Of a stretch of 64,000 bases of DNA, positions 1-10,108 are shown piece after piece (the first letter of the stretch is position 1; every line of letters begins with the position of its first letter). The position numbers were made by a program, and so were the translations under genes. The stretch lies in the sequence record PP892525.1, one strand, 5' to 3'. The DNA is from Escherichia phage vB_EcoS_I14. The notes under the pieces are model-generated. The model did not search any database, was not told the DNA's origin, and saw only the letters and a list, made by a program, of their open reading frames with translations.

Positions 1-573
1 CATCACACATAGCTTCACCGATCAGATCGACATCCGCAGCATATTGCTTAGATTCCGCACTGTTAGGATCTTGCAGCTTAATCTGGAACTGCATAGCAGC
101 AATCTGCTGTACATCATACTCAGTATCGAAACCTTTACCTTTTTTCTCGATAGAAATATCAATATCAAACGGAGTTGCCAGGCTCAGCTGCTTCATGATA
201 GACTGGATGCCTTTCAGAATAGTGGCCTTAACTTCCATTACTTTCAGTTTGTTATCAGAACGGTCAATAACAAAAGCGATATAGTTTTTCTTCGGTTTCA
301 GCGGAACACGATTACCATCTTTATCCAGCTCTTTCTCGAAGAAGCCCATCTCATGAACTGGATCAGCTTTACCACGAACAAAACTCTCTTTGTCACGGTT
401 AAAACGGAGACATTCGAAAGGAGCTACGTTACCCTCTTTATTAGTCAGCCAATAGACATAACGTGGAAGAACACCAGAAACGATACGAACACGAGTGATA
501 CCGTTGTTGAACTTCAGGAATTCGATTTTATCGTTAGAACCGCCAGTAGTTTCGCCCCAAGACTTAGCCATAT
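1..573 (-). CDS. hypothetical protein, 5' part of a gene that continues past the window start (N-terminus MAKSWGETTGG...)
   Basis: ATG at 573 on minus strand with upstream AGGAAATAAAAT; frame open to window edge; plus ORF 44..589 is its shadow. Confidence 0.55.
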
Positions 574-848
574 TTTATTTCCTCTTTAAAGATTAATTTT
601 GATTTGTTAATTGCGATTAGTGGGTTAGTGTCGATTACTAAACGTGGTATCCATACTGGAACATATTGCATGTCCAAACTAGGATCGTTTGTAAACTTGT
701 ATTCGGCATAATTTCGTAGACTTAAAATTCCTAGATATTCTGCCAGTTGTCTAATAGACAACTTATTTGGATTATCAACTATTGTTGATTCATTCAAAAT
801 GAATGAGGAACCGACCAATAATTGGTGAGCATCAGGCTCTGTAAGCAT
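564..848 (-). CDS. hypothetical protein (94 aa)
   Basis: ORF downstream of two tandem minus-strand promoters; weak RBS; no recognisable motif. Confidence 0.4.
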   Translation of the reverse strand: MLTEPDAHQLLVGSSFILNESTIVDNPNKLSIRQLAEYLGILSLRNYAEYKFTNDPSLDMQYVPVWIPRLVIDTNPLIAINKSKLIFKEEIKYG

Positions 849-955
849 TCTTTTGAAGAGCTTAATAATTAGGTCGGAATTTCCTCTAGCTAGTAAGTAT
901 AGCTTTTCATAATCGAAGAATTTAATTTTTGTTTTCTCCTCGAATTTATGTATAT

Positions 956-985
956 ATTATACTAGATTTCAAGAGAATTTAGCAA
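956..985 (-). promoter_or_regulatory. T5-type promoter (minus strand): -35 TTGCTA, -10 TATAAT
   Basis: plus strand shows ATTATA at 956-961 and TAGCAA at 980-985, 18 bp apart; followed by ATATACATAAATT start region. Confidence 0.6.
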
Positions 986-1056
986 CTAAAATTTTTATTT
1001 TTCTGCTTCGGACTTTCTTATCAATCCGAAACTTTCTCTCTCAAATTTATGTATAT

Positions 1057-1085
1057 ATTATACATCATTTATGAGCTGTTGCCAA
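1057..1085 (-). promoter_or_regulatory. T5-type promoter (minus strand) overlapping the 3' end of the helicase gene: -35 TTGGCA, -10 TATAAT
   Basis: ATTATA 1057-1062 and TGCCAA 1080-1085 on plus strand, 17 bp spacer; near-duplicate of promoter at 956. Confidence 0.55.
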
Positions 1086-2421
1086 ATGCAATTTTAGCTA
1101 ATTGAACTGCTTTCTCCGGAGTCATGGTAATAGTTTTCCACCCGTTGTTACGATATACTGACATACGTCCAGAAGCCTGTCTTAGTCCAGTGCCTCCTTT
1201 CATAATTAGATCTACAACAATAGGGTCGAGTTTACCTTCAACAATACGTTGAACACGACCTGCAAGCTGTTCAATGAGAGACTCATTATTAATAAGACTT
1301 CCCATTATTAAACAAGATAGCTCATTAAGGGAGATACCTTCAGAGAAGATACTCTGAGCTGCTGCAAGTACACAAGGTCCACCTTTTGCTATATCTTCCT
1401 GGATTTTTAATCGGTCATCTAAGTGGGTTGCCCCTATAATTTCATATGTTGTAACACCACGCTGTGCAAGAGCTTCTAGTACTGTCTGGATTAACTCTGT
1501 TCTATCGCTTACAATGAGTACTTTATGCCCCATATTCACGTATAAATGTGCTAGATTTATAATAGTCTCTCGATATTCAGGATGATTATATACATCGTTA
1601 GCACGTAATGCCCATGGTACGTTTTGGTTCCCTGATAACTCAACAGGTACGGAGTACCTATGGATTGTAGGTGCAACAGTATTATTAACCGGTGGGCTAA
1701 AGATCTTATATCCAAAGAAATCTTTGAACATAACTTGTAGACCATCTTTTCTTTTTAATGTACCAGATAGTCCAATCTTATAGCGAGCACATGATATTTC
1801 TAGGAAGTTAGTGAAAGTTGTAGCCACACAATGGTGAACTTCATCAACTATAACAGTACCGAATACTTTAGAAAGATTATTCGCATGTTTATTCACTGTT
1901 TGAATATTACTGACCACAATTGGTGGATCAATATTGTATTTTCCAGAACCTATGATACCTGGTTCAAACCCAAACCATCTACGAACTTCTGCCGCCCACA
2001 TTTCACGAATAGATGTATTAGTACAAATTACCAAAGTTTTCTGGCCAAATTTATATGCAAGTGCAAGGGCTAGGATAGTTTTACCAAATCCAGGCTTACC
2101 ATTAATAATACAGGTATCATCGCACTCTTCATATATTGGGAGTTGGTCTTCTTCACGCAGCGTGAACTTAGGTTTTGGTATATCTACCGGAGCTAATGTA
2201 CGTTTATCGACTAATTCGTATTTTACTCCTTTAGCATCTAGTAAATCCAGACGCGTGATAGGAATCCACTTAATCTCTTTGGCAACAACACCACTATTCT
2301 TATACATAATAGGGTATTTACTAGTCATTGTCTCTATGTGATAAGTGGTTTGCTTACTACAATAATCCCAAAGTTCATCATCGGGCTTGAAATAGGCTTT
2401 ATTAGATATAACAACCTTCAT
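1069..2421 (-). CDS. SF2 DNA helicase (T5 D10-like)
   Basis: Walker A GKPGFGKT, DEVHH motif II, C-terminal helicase domain; 450 aa. Confidence 0.8.
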   Translation of the reverse strand: MKVVISNKAYFKPDDELWDYCSKQTTYHIETMTSKYPIMYKNSGVVAKEIKWIPITRLDLLDAKGVKYELVDKRTLAPVDIPKPKFTLREEDQLPIYEECDDTCIINGKPGFGKTILALALAYKFGQKTLVICTNTSIREMWAAEVRRWFGFEPGIIGSGKYNIDPPIVVSNIQTVNKHANNLSKVFGTVIVDEVHHCVATTFTNFLEISCARYKIGLSGTLKRKDGLQVMFKDFFGYKIFSPPVNNTVAPTIHRYSVPVELSGNQNVPWALRANDVYNHPEYRETIINLAHLYVNMGHKVLIVSDRTELIQTVLEALAQRGVTTYEIIGATHLDDRLKIQEDIAKGGPCVLAAAQSIFSEGISLNELSCLIMGSLINNESLIEQLAGRVQRIVEGKLDPIVVDLIMKGGTGLRQASGRMSVYRNNGWKTITMTPEKAVQLAKIAFGNSS

Positions 2422-2915
2422 AATTTTATTCTAAGTCTAGGAATTTCAGGCTCCTCTTGATGGACTTGGTAAATAACAGGGCTATTATTTACCAGAATAT
2501 AGCTTATATAAGCTGGAACATAGGATAATACAAATGGATATGGAACTTTAGCTACATAGCATTGGTATTTTCCGTTATAAATTCTAGCTGAATGCAAAAC
2601 TTTAGAGGTGACAACATCATAGAACGTAGTTTTCTTCCAGTTAATAAGATTTCCATCAGAATCTATAAATTGGCTACGCTTTGACCCAACTAATTGAGAC
2701 AACATTGATATTCTGCCTCTAATAGGGTAGAGCTTGTATGGTAATTCTTTCCGTTTCTCAAATAGAATAAGCCTACGTTGAGAAAACGTGCCAGGCAACT
2801 TCCTGTTATCTAGCACATATTTATTATATCTTGTTGTAATTACGGAATAATCACCTTCTTGCTCAATTGATACAAACGCCCGTAAAGCATATACGGGCAA
2901 TTTGAAATCAAGCAC
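2418..2915 (-). CDS. hypothetical protein (165 aa)
   Basis: ORF start overlaps polymerase stop; no motif recognised. Confidence 0.5.
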   Translation of the reverse strand: MLDFKLPVYALRAFVSIEQEGDYSVITTRYNKYVLDNRKLPGTFSQRRLILFEKRKELPYKLYPIRGRISMLSQLVGSKRSQFIDSDGNLINWKKTTFYDVVTSKVLHSARIYNGKYQCYVAKVPYPFVLSYVPAYISYILVNNSPVIYQVHQEEPEIPRLRIKL

Positions 2916-5475
2916 CGAGAATCCTTCTCACGTTATCCAGATCTTTACATACAGCAATAAACTTATCATCCTTGTATTTGCTGTGATCTGGATGCTCTTT
3001 ATCCATTGCAGCTAGTTTCTTATACTCGAACTCTGCATCAAGTAATACACCCTTGACATAACGAGTATATTCATCATCATCAATACAAGCGATTGATGGG
3101 TGCTGCTTCTTCATCTTACCACAAGAGTAGTCACGAGAACCTCCAGCTTCAGAATCAGAATCAATACCAATCGGACAACCAGGAATACTGATACCACGGT
3201 CTTTCTGAATATTACGAATCAGGATTTCATTGTATTGGTCGATCAAATCCTCACGAACAATAGCAACTACGGAGTCGTGAACCAGCATAACAATCTTCAT
3301 CTCTTGTTCTAGGCCAAGAGAAATGATCTCATTATCTGCATCTACAGCACCTAAAAGGAGGCTATCAGAAGAAGCAGACTGAATGATTGCGTTAAATCCA
3401 GAACGGATTTCTTCACCTTGAACACCACGGTCTTCGGAGTGGATATTATGCAGACGACGTTTACGACCAAAGTGACTATAGATAAACCCATGATTCTTGA
3501 TCTGATCATGGCACTTATCAATCCAACGCTTAAGCTGCGGGAACTGACCGAAGTATGTCTCAATGTACTCTTTAGCATCTGCAACCGTACACTCTACAAA
3601 CGGTTCGCCTGTCTTAGCAGCCTGTTCCAGAAGAGCTTCGTTAACAGAATGAGCTACTTTAGCCGGGCCGGAACCATACAGAATACCAAAGGTGATTGCT
3701 TTAGCTGCTTGACGCAGAGCTGGGAATAACTTTTTAACATCACGAGGTTCGCATTGAAGCTTAAATACCATGTGTGCGATGTTAGAGTGGAAGTCAGGGT
3801 ATTTATCAGGCTCATTTCTCATGTTGATAAATACTTGTTGCATATTTCTATCACCAGATAGAACAGCAGCATAATAAACTTCCGCAGTTGTTAAGTCCCA
3901 TGCGATTACACGATACCCGGTAGGAGCTACTACACAACCCTTGATAATAGATTCATCACGAGGTAACTGTTGCAGGTTCAGTTTACCAGAAGAACTCAGA
4001 CGACCAGAAGTGGTCATGTGTTCGTGGAAGCCAGTACGAATGCAACCATCAGCATCAATACTCAGAAGAATCTTCTCAACATAAGTAGAGATCAGCTTAG
4101 TCAGCTTACGAATCTCTAGTAGAGTCTTAGCAATTGGATGCTGCGTAGACAATTCGTTCAGAGCCTCTGCATCTGTAGAGTCTGCTCCAGTATCCGTCAA
4201 TTTACCTGTTGGAGTTAACCCAACATAATCAAACAGAAGAACACGTAGCTGCTTAACAGAGTTTGGGTTAAACGCTTCGTTCTGGTCTTTCTCTAGCTGA
4301 ACGACTTCTGGATAAGTATACAGCTTCTCACGAGCTTTATTCAGATTATGAGTTAACTGGTACTGAGCTTCTTTTAAACGATCAATAGAAATAGGTACAC
4401 CACGATCCTCAACACGCTGGAGAAATACACAACCAGGCATTAGAACATCATAATACAGACTGCAAAGTTTTTCATTCTTCTCAATTTTTGGTAAGAAGAA
4501 GTTGTGCAAACGTATGGTGGCATCGGTATCTTTTGCAGCGTAAGGCCACATAATATCAAACGGAATTAAATCATAGGTGAAATCTTCTTTCTTGATTTTA
4601 TGTGCTTTGCAGTAATCCTCCTTGAACTTATCTAGCTCAAAGTCATAGTCACCCATATCGGTATACTTCATTGCTAGAGATTTCAAGCCATGAGTACCAC
4701 GACGCTCATCTAGAACATAATGCTGCAACATTGTATCATGGAGCCTGCGTTCTTTATGTGCTTTATCAAAAGTAAGTCCCAGATGGTACTTATAAAAGTG
4801 CATATCGAACTTCAAGTTGTGAAAAACAATAGTGTGGTTTTCACTATCCAGAATTTTCTGGAGATAATATACTGCAACCTCTGTGAGACAATCAGAATCG
4901 ATATATACACCCTGATACTCTTGGTGAGACATAGAAACACCAAGCAGATAACCATCTCGACAGTATAGTGCTGAGGTTTCGGAGTCGAATGCGACAGGTC
5001 CGATAACCATATTATACACCATCTTGATATATTCTTCCGCCTCGTCAGGGTCAGTAATAGGACGGTAATCACCAGCTTTTGCAATCTTCTCACGACCATT
5101 GATAATATCGTGGATATTCTCTACTGTTGCATCAAAAACTGGTTTCATTTCAGGCTTAAAGTGTAACTGGGCTGGGCTGATACTCGCAATCCAGTTAGCA
5201 TATCCATTATACTCTACACGTTTACCAGTATAATCCCCAATGCCTTTCTTTCCTGCAAAGTATAGGAAAGGTTCAGCACCTACCAGTATAACAAAATCAT
5301 AATCATTCGGGTCAAATGGGTTTTCTGGTGTTCCAATAGTAATATGCTTTTTAAGCAAACGACCAGATAACTTCTCGTTACACATATGGAATACATCAAC
5401 TTCCTCGCCGTATAGCTGGAAATGTTTATCATAACGAGTGTTATTTAGAGCTTTATCAACTACTGCGATTTTCAA
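2908..5475 (-). CDS. DNA polymerase, family A, with 3'-5' exonuclease domain
   Basis: 855 aa; exo motif VAFDSETSAL; PolA-type palm region with LVHDS; size matches T5-type polymerase. Confidence 0.9.
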   Translation of the reverse strand: MKIAVVDKALNNTRYDKHFQLYGEEVDVFHMCNEKLSGRLLKKHITIGTPENPFDPNDYDFVILVGAEPFLYFAGKKGIGDYTGKRVEYNGYANWIASISPAQLHFKPEMKPVFDATVENIHDIINGREKIAKAGDYRPITDPDEAEEYIKMVYNMVIGPVAFDSETSALYCRDGYLLGVSMSHQEYQGVYIDSDCLTEVAVYYLQKILDSENHTIVFHNLKFDMHFYKYHLGLTFDKAHKERRLHDTMLQHYVLDERRGTHGLKSLAMKYTDMGDYDFELDKFKEDYCKAHKIKKEDFTYDLIPFDIMWPYAAKDTDATIRLHNFFLPKIEKNEKLCSLYYDVLMPGCVFLQRVEDRGVPISIDRLKEAQYQLTHNLNKAREKLYTYPEVVQLEKDQNEAFNPNSVKQLRVLLFDYVGLTPTGKLTDTGADSTDAEALNELSTQHPIAKTLLEIRKLTKLISTYVEKILLSIDADGCIRTGFHEHMTTSGRLSSSGKLNLQQLPRDESIIKGCVVAPTGYRVIAWDLTTAEVYYAAVLSGDRNMQQVFINMRNEPDKYPDFHSNIAHMVFKLQCEPRDVKKLFPALRQAAKAITFGILYGSGPAKVAHSVNEALLEQAAKTGEPFVECTVADAKEYIETYFGQFPQLKRWIDKCHDQIKNHGFIYSHFGRKRRLHNIHSEDRGVQGEEIRSGFNAIIQSASSDSLLLGAVDADNEIISLGLEQEMKIVMLVHDSVVAIVREDLIDQYNEILIRNIQKDRGISIPGCPIGIDSDSEAGGSRDYSCGKMKKQHPSIACIDDDEYTRYVKGVLLDAEFEYKKLAAMDKEHPDHSKYKDDKFIAVCKDLDNVRRILGA

Positions 5476-5568
5476 ATTTAATCTCCTCTTGGTAAGTAAG
5501 TATAACTTCAGTGTTTCTTCTCTAACTTACCAATATATTATATCAAAATATTGGGATAATAGCAAATA

Positions 5569-5898
5569 CTATTTATAGGTGTGTAGTAATTTACGCATTT
5601 CATTGCGCTGCTTTTCTAGCACTCGAAATTCTTCATCTATACACAGAAAAGCATCTAGCACTTTCATAGATTGCTCAGTATTTTCTACAACAGCCCAATC
5701 ATATGTTAGGTACACCTCTTGACCTGTATCTTTTACTTTAAAGTAAATATAAGATGCAGGCAATTTAGGATCACCAAATAAATGGAAATTCTTTCGTTTA
5801 TTAATGGACTCCAGTGTTGTAAACCGCTCTAGTTTAACCTCTTTGTGTGTTATACTATCGTACACCGGAACATCCGCATAAATATATACATATTCCAT
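5569..5898 (-). CDS. hypothetical protein (109 aa)
   Basis: ORF between primase and polymerase genes. Confidence 0.5.
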   Translation of the reverse strand: MEYVYIYADVPVYDSITHKEVKLERFTTLESINKRKNFHLFGDPKLPASYIYFKVKDTGQEVYLTYDWAVVENTEQSMKVLDAFLCIDEEFRVLEKQRNEMRKLLHTYK

Positions 5899-5924
5899 AG
5901 TAGCTCCTCAGTTATTTAGGACTA

Positions 5925-6815
5925 TTATACCAAATCTTTAAGCGACTCAGCAACTAAAATTTCAATACGTTTTGCTAACATATCAATTTCATCTTTGTTT
6001 AAATCACCCGGATCTTTGCCTTCTGGCAGAAGAAAGTTAGCAACTACAGGTGTTAAACGCGTTTTTGTACGAATTAGCTTGGCCAACGCTTGTGCAGCTT
6101 TGTTACCAGAAGCATCATTATCTAGTAAGATAACAACAACTTTTACACCAGCAATAATATAAGGACTGAACTTATCTGCAATGTTATCCGAAGTAAACTG
6201 ATGTGTACCAAAGCAGCAAGAAGCATAGTCTATACCATTATCCTCTAGGTTAAGCATATCAAAGATACCTTCAACTAGAATAAGAACTGGAGTATTATAT
6301 CGTACAGGGAAAATCGGTGGTGAAACTTGTTTTGGTTTTACTAAGTATTTAGGAGGGGCAGAACTGTTTATAGAACGACCCAAAAATAGGATATTGCGTC
6401 CAACAGCATCTGTGATTGGGAATACAATTCTGCCTTCCCAGTCTGCTTGGTGTTGGAAAGCAAAATATTTCTTCAAGGTTTTAGAACTTATACCTCGGAA
6501 ATCACCTTCGAAAAGGTAAGCAGATTCAGGAATTGCAAGATTTGTAGATCCATTCCTAATCTCTGAAATCTTTTTACGTACCTGCGATAGTCTTGGAGAC
6601 TGTCGGTACTGAGTCTCGTTAAAATAATGGTAAATGCTCGGTATACCTTTACCGAAGCCACAACTCAAGCAGTGCATAATACCTGTTTCAGGATCAATAC
6701 GCAAACTTGGGTGTTTATCGTCATGATCTGGATTGAGACAACAGATGAGGATGTCCCCACCTGTGTCTTTATATTCAATGCCTTTCAGATCAAGTAGTTC
6801 TGTTATTCTACTCAT
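5925..6815 (-). CDS. DNA primase (zinc-binding plus Toprim)
   Basis: Cys/His cluster CCLNPDHDDKH...HCLSCGFGKG; Toprim acidic motifs LVEGIFD and VILLDNDASG. Confidence 0.85.
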   Translation of the reverse strand: MSRITELLDLKGIEYKDTGGDILICCLNPDHDDKHPSLRIDPETGIMHCLSCGFGKGIPSIYHYFNETQYRQSPRLSQVRKKISEIRNGSTNLAIPESAYLFEGDFRGISSKTLKKYFAFQHQADWEGRIVFPITDAVGRNILFLGRSINSSAPPKYLVKPKQVSPPIFPVRYNTPVLILVEGIFDMLNLEDNGIDYASCCFGTHQFTSDNIADKFSPYIIAGVKVVVILLDNDASGNKAAQALAKLIRTKTRLTPVVANFLLPEGKDPGDLNKDEIDMLAKRIEILVAESLKDLV

Positions 6816-8335
6816 ATATCGCTGGCCTGTTCACCTGTTGAATTTTCAGTTTTGTCTTTCTTAGCACGTTTAGGTTGAGCCGGCTTATCCTTCTCAATAG
6901 GGATAACGAACTCAGCTTCCATTTGAGATATATCTTCCATTGCTAGGTTGGTAGTGTTATCCATTCGCAGAGTTTCCCAATTCATTTTAGGCATAAACTT
7001 CACGCTATCAGAAGAACGAGTCTTAACGAAGTCAAACATAATAGCACCTTGACCATTATCAGCTTTAGCAGCATTAAGATTAGCAGCCATGTCTGCGGAA
7101 TCAAGAATCCCCTTTGACATACGTGTTCTACCATCTTGATCGATCTGGTAGGGAGCTACGCCAGCCACGTTATGTTTCTGGCAGATGGATTTGAAAGACG
7201 AGCTAACAACCATCTGTTCCTTCCAGTCATACATATCAATGGTTTTAGAATCTGGAAGTCGGGTTTGGTTAATATAGTCCAGTAAAGCTACTGTAACTTT
7301 ATCACCATATCTAGCAACTAATTTATTTAATTCTACGTCAACTGTTGTAATGGACAGTTCAGGGTCATAAACGATAATCATAGGAGTATGTAGTTCATAC
7401 CCTTCTATTAGCTTACTCTCCATATCGTAGAAATCACTCATCTTAGCCATTGTATACTGTTTAACGAAGTTATCGAAAAGCTCTTCACCCCCGTTGAACA
7501 TTCTAGCTCTAGTTCTGGCTAATCTCAATAGAGCTGCACCTTCTAGAGTATTATTACGCATTGCTAGTGCTGATACCCCGGCTAACATGGCTAGATTACG
7601 TCTAAATACTTCATGTTCTTTCATCTCAATTGAGAAGTATGGAGCAATATCTCCATTCAAATATTGCTGAACCTGTATGTTTGAACAGATAATGGATTTA
7701 CCAGTACCACGCCAACCACCAAGCAGTAACGTTTCTGTGCGAGCTAAACCAATTTGAGCGTCGAACTCATTACAAATACCAAGAGCGATTAAGTTCAGTT
7801 TGGTATCTTCTTCTCTCTGGAAAATACGCATGTTATCTGCGTTGAATACTTTTCCAGTATTCGTTACTTTCTCTTCTAATTTTAAGTGAAGGGAGGCAAC
7901 TCGGTTGAGAATTTCTCCCTGATCCAGCATTGTTAAATCTTGAAGCACGTCTGTTTCTAGAAGCTTCAGGAATAAATCCTGTGTATATTCAGCCTCTAGG
8001 ACTTCAAGTGCCTGTTCCATGCTCACTTCTGGAATTTGAGTGTTAGCTAAGACGACTAGAGCTTGAGAAAGGCGGGCGTTCCTATTAGCTTCAAGCATAA
8101 GTGCGTCAATGGACGGCATTGTGTTATATTTTTTATAATAATTCTGGACGGCTTGGTAAATTGAGGAGAAAGCGTCATTAAAATGATCTTTATGCAGTTT
8201 TGAGAATGTTTCCAATGCTATTTGCTTCTGTTCGGAAGCTAGAAGCATCTTTAACACTACAGCTTGCACGTTAAACAAGGTCATTCTCCTTTGCACGCTT
8301 TCGTGCCTTCTAAATGCAAAAAGGGGAAGGAGCAT
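6812..8335 (-). CDS. replicative DNA helicase (DnaB-like, RecA-fold)
   Basis: Walker A GGWRGTGKS, Walker B-like IIVYD; 507 aa; adjacent to primase. Confidence 0.75.
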   Translation of the reverse strand: MLLPLFAFRRHESVQRRMTLFNVQAVVLKMLLASEQKQIALETFSKLHKDHFNDAFSSIYQAVQNYYKKYNTMPSIDALMLEANRNARLSQALVVLANTQIPEVSMEQALEVLEAEYTQDLFLKLLETDVLQDLTMLDQGEILNRVASLHLKLEEKVTNTGKVFNADNMRIFQREEDTKLNLIALGICNEFDAQIGLARTETLLLGGWRGTGKSIICSNIQVQQYLNGDIAPYFSIEMKEHEVFRRNLAMLAGVSALAMRNNTLEGAALLRLARTRARMFNGGEELFDNFVKQYTMAKMSDFYDMESKLIEGYELHTPMIIVYDPELSITTVDVELNKLVARYGDKVTVALLDYINQTRLPDSKTIDMYDWKEQMVVSSSFKSICQKHNVAGVAPYQIDQDGRTRMSKGILDSADMAANLNAAKADNGQGAIMFDFVKTRSSDSVKFMPKMNWETLRMDNTTNLAMEDISQMEAEFVIPIEKDKPAQPKRAKKDKTENSTGEQASDI

Positions 8336-8366
8336 AGCCCCCTCCCCTTAGGTTTAATTTACCAGA

Positions 8367-9134
8367 TTATTCAGCAGCCGCAGCTTTTGCATCCAGTTTA
8401 GCACGCTTAGCGGCACCATCATAGTCCTTAGCAACCAGACCACGACGAGACAGCATAGATTTAACACCGCGCTCAGACTTACCAGTTTTCTCAGCGATCT
8501 CAGCAACAGTCATGTTAACCAGATCCAGACCTTCTAACAAATCTTCACGAGTTTTAGCACTTGAAGTTTCCTGTACCGGCATAGCAGCGATACGACCTTC
8601 ACGAAGCAGGCTCAGAGCTTTACCACGGATCTGCTTGATATTACGACCGAAGTGAGCAGCAATAGCTTCAATAGTAGCACCAGCAACAACCTGATTAACA
8701 AAATCAGTTTCTTCATCCGGAGTGAAGGAACGAACAGCGGCAGCTTTTTCAGTTGGTTTAACAGAAGCGGTCATTTCCAGACTCAGGATCTTACCCTGTA
8801 CCTGCTTAGCACCGAACTGACCACCAGCTACAGCAGCAGCGATTTCAGCATAGGTATACTGACCAGCATGAGCGTTCAGGAAATCAACCAGTTCAGCTTC
8901 CTGCTCGGGAGTCCACGGGGATTTCTGTACTTCGTTAGCTTTCTGTACTTCAAAACCTTCTTTACGCAGTTTAGAGCCAACAGAGCGAGCAGTAACATCT
9001 TTGCCAGTTTCAGCAGCCAGTTCAGCAGCGATAGCAGCTACTTGTTCTTGAGAGATTACAGCAACACCCAGAGCAGTGGCTTTTGCTTTCAGAGACTCGG
9101 TTACACCTTCTACGTTCCAGTTCAGTTTAGACAT
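8367..9134 (-). CDS. Ala-rich putative DNA-binding protein with four internal repeats (possibly T5 D5-like)
   Basis: 255 aa; repeated about 25 aa motif G-K-x-V/L-x-S-x-L-R-x-x-G. Confidence 0.55.
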   Translation of the reverse strand: MSKLNWNVEGVTESLKAKATALGVAVISQEQVAAIAAELAAETGKDVTARSVGSKLRKEGFEVQKANEVQKSPWTPEQEAELVDFLNAHAGQYTYAEIAAAVAGGQFGAKQVQGKILSLEMTASVKPTEKAAAVRSFTPDEETDFVNQVVAGATIEAIAAHFGRNIKQIRGKALSLLREGRIAAMPVQETSSAKTREDLLEGLDLVNMTVAEIAEKTGKSERGVKSMLSRRGLVAKDYDGAAKRAKLDAKAAAAE

Positions 9135-9909
9135 TATTATTTTTCTCCAATAGTTCTTTAATCGACAGGATTTCTATCCCATTCGTTTCGGCTTTCTTAT
9201 AAGATGAGGAAGAACGTTTTGATTCATCCTCACAGATTAGGTATTTGACGTCTTTAGTAACGGATTTCTTAACCGTATACCCTAGACTTTCTAAATAGTT
9301 TGTTGCATCCGTTCTATTTGCAAAATCTTGCAAAGATCCGGTAATACATACCGCGATTCCATTTGGCTGGGCAACTAATTCATCTGTAATGATGATATTA
9401 GCTTTAGTGCCCCTAATACCAGTTGAAAATTTCCACGGTAGTTCGATAACATCTTTGCCTTGTGGGGAATTTAGCCAGGCTTTATAATTTTCTCCAGCCT
9501 TGCCGTCAGCCTTCACATCGTGGAAGCTAGTGCAATTTTGGGATAATTTCTTTGCTGCAACCTCTCCAATTAGAGGGATTCCTAAAGAACCGAGAACTGA
9601 ACCAAAGTCAATGTCTCCGCGAACTTTAGTATTTAATTCGCTAATTAACTTAGCGGCAACCTTGCTACCCACGGCTCTAACCAAATCTTCTTCGGTTAGG
9701 TAAAATAGTTCTGAAATCTTCGTCAGCTCCAGCTTCTCAATAGTTTTTGGGCCAAAGCCCTTTAACTTCATTTTTGTACAGAAGTTCTCAATTAACTTAC
9801 TTGATTGTGCTGGACAGTTGGACTTATTACGACAGAATAATTGTCCGTTGACAAGATCTAGCTTAGAACCACAAGAGGGACATTGTGTTGGAATTTCGAT
9901 TTTCATCAA
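9127..9909 (-). CDS. lig: NAD-dependent DNA ligase, C-terminal half (Zn finger, HhH, BRCT)
   Basis: CPSCGSKL...CRNKSNCPAQ zinc motif, HhH GPKTIEKL, BRCT-like tail; separate ORF from the adenylation domain. Confidence 0.85.
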   Translation of the reverse strand: MMKIEIPTQCPSCGSKLDLVNGQLFCRNKSNCPAQSSKLIENFCTKMKLKGFGPKTIEKLELTKISELFYLTEEDLVRAVGSKVAAKLISELNTKVRGDIDFGSVLGSLGIPLIGEVAAKKLSQNCTSFHDVKADGKAGENYKAWLNSPQGKDVIELPWKFSTGIRGTKANIIITDELVAQPNGIAVCITGSLQDFANRTDATNYLESLGYTVKKSVTKDVKYLICEDESKRSSSSYKKAETNGIEILSIKELLEKNNNV

Positions 9910-9936
9910 ATTTCTTCCTTATCAATTTATATAAAT

Positions 9937-9965
9937 ATTATAGCAAGTATTTAAGCATTTAGCAA
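9937..9965 (-). promoter_or_regulatory. T5-type promoter (minus) in the gap between the two ligase ORFs: -35 TTGCTA, -10 TATAAT
   Basis: plus ATTATA 9937-9942, TAGCAA 9960-9965, 17 bp spacer; RBS AAGGAAG before ATG at 9909. Confidence 0.7.
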
Positions 9966-10108
9966 CTACAATTTTAACTAACTTTGCTTACCCTCGCCAT
10001 AACTTTCTATCCCTCAACTGAATGATAATAGTATATACCTAAGCGGCGAAAATGTCAATAACCACTTTATAATTCCGATATGGTAGATGGGTAGCAAAGG
10101 GTTATGTA

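Noticed and set aside
44-589. 181 aa plus-strand ORF at the window start
   Set aside because: Low-complexity translation with no RBS; it is the antisense shadow of the minus-strand gene that starts at 573.
1557-2341. ORFs 1557..1745(-), 1831..2073(+), 1934..2341(+) inside the helicase gene
   Set aside because: Embedded in or antisense to a well-supported helicase ORF; no start signals.
3100-5099. Five small ORFs on either strand within the DNA polymerase gene
   Set aside because: All lie inside the 855 aa polymerase ORF; translations are low complexity.
9910-10108. Possible intron, intein or homing endonuclease in the ligase gap
   Set aside because: The gap is only 199 bp, has no ORF and contains an ordinary promoter; nothing intron-like was seen.
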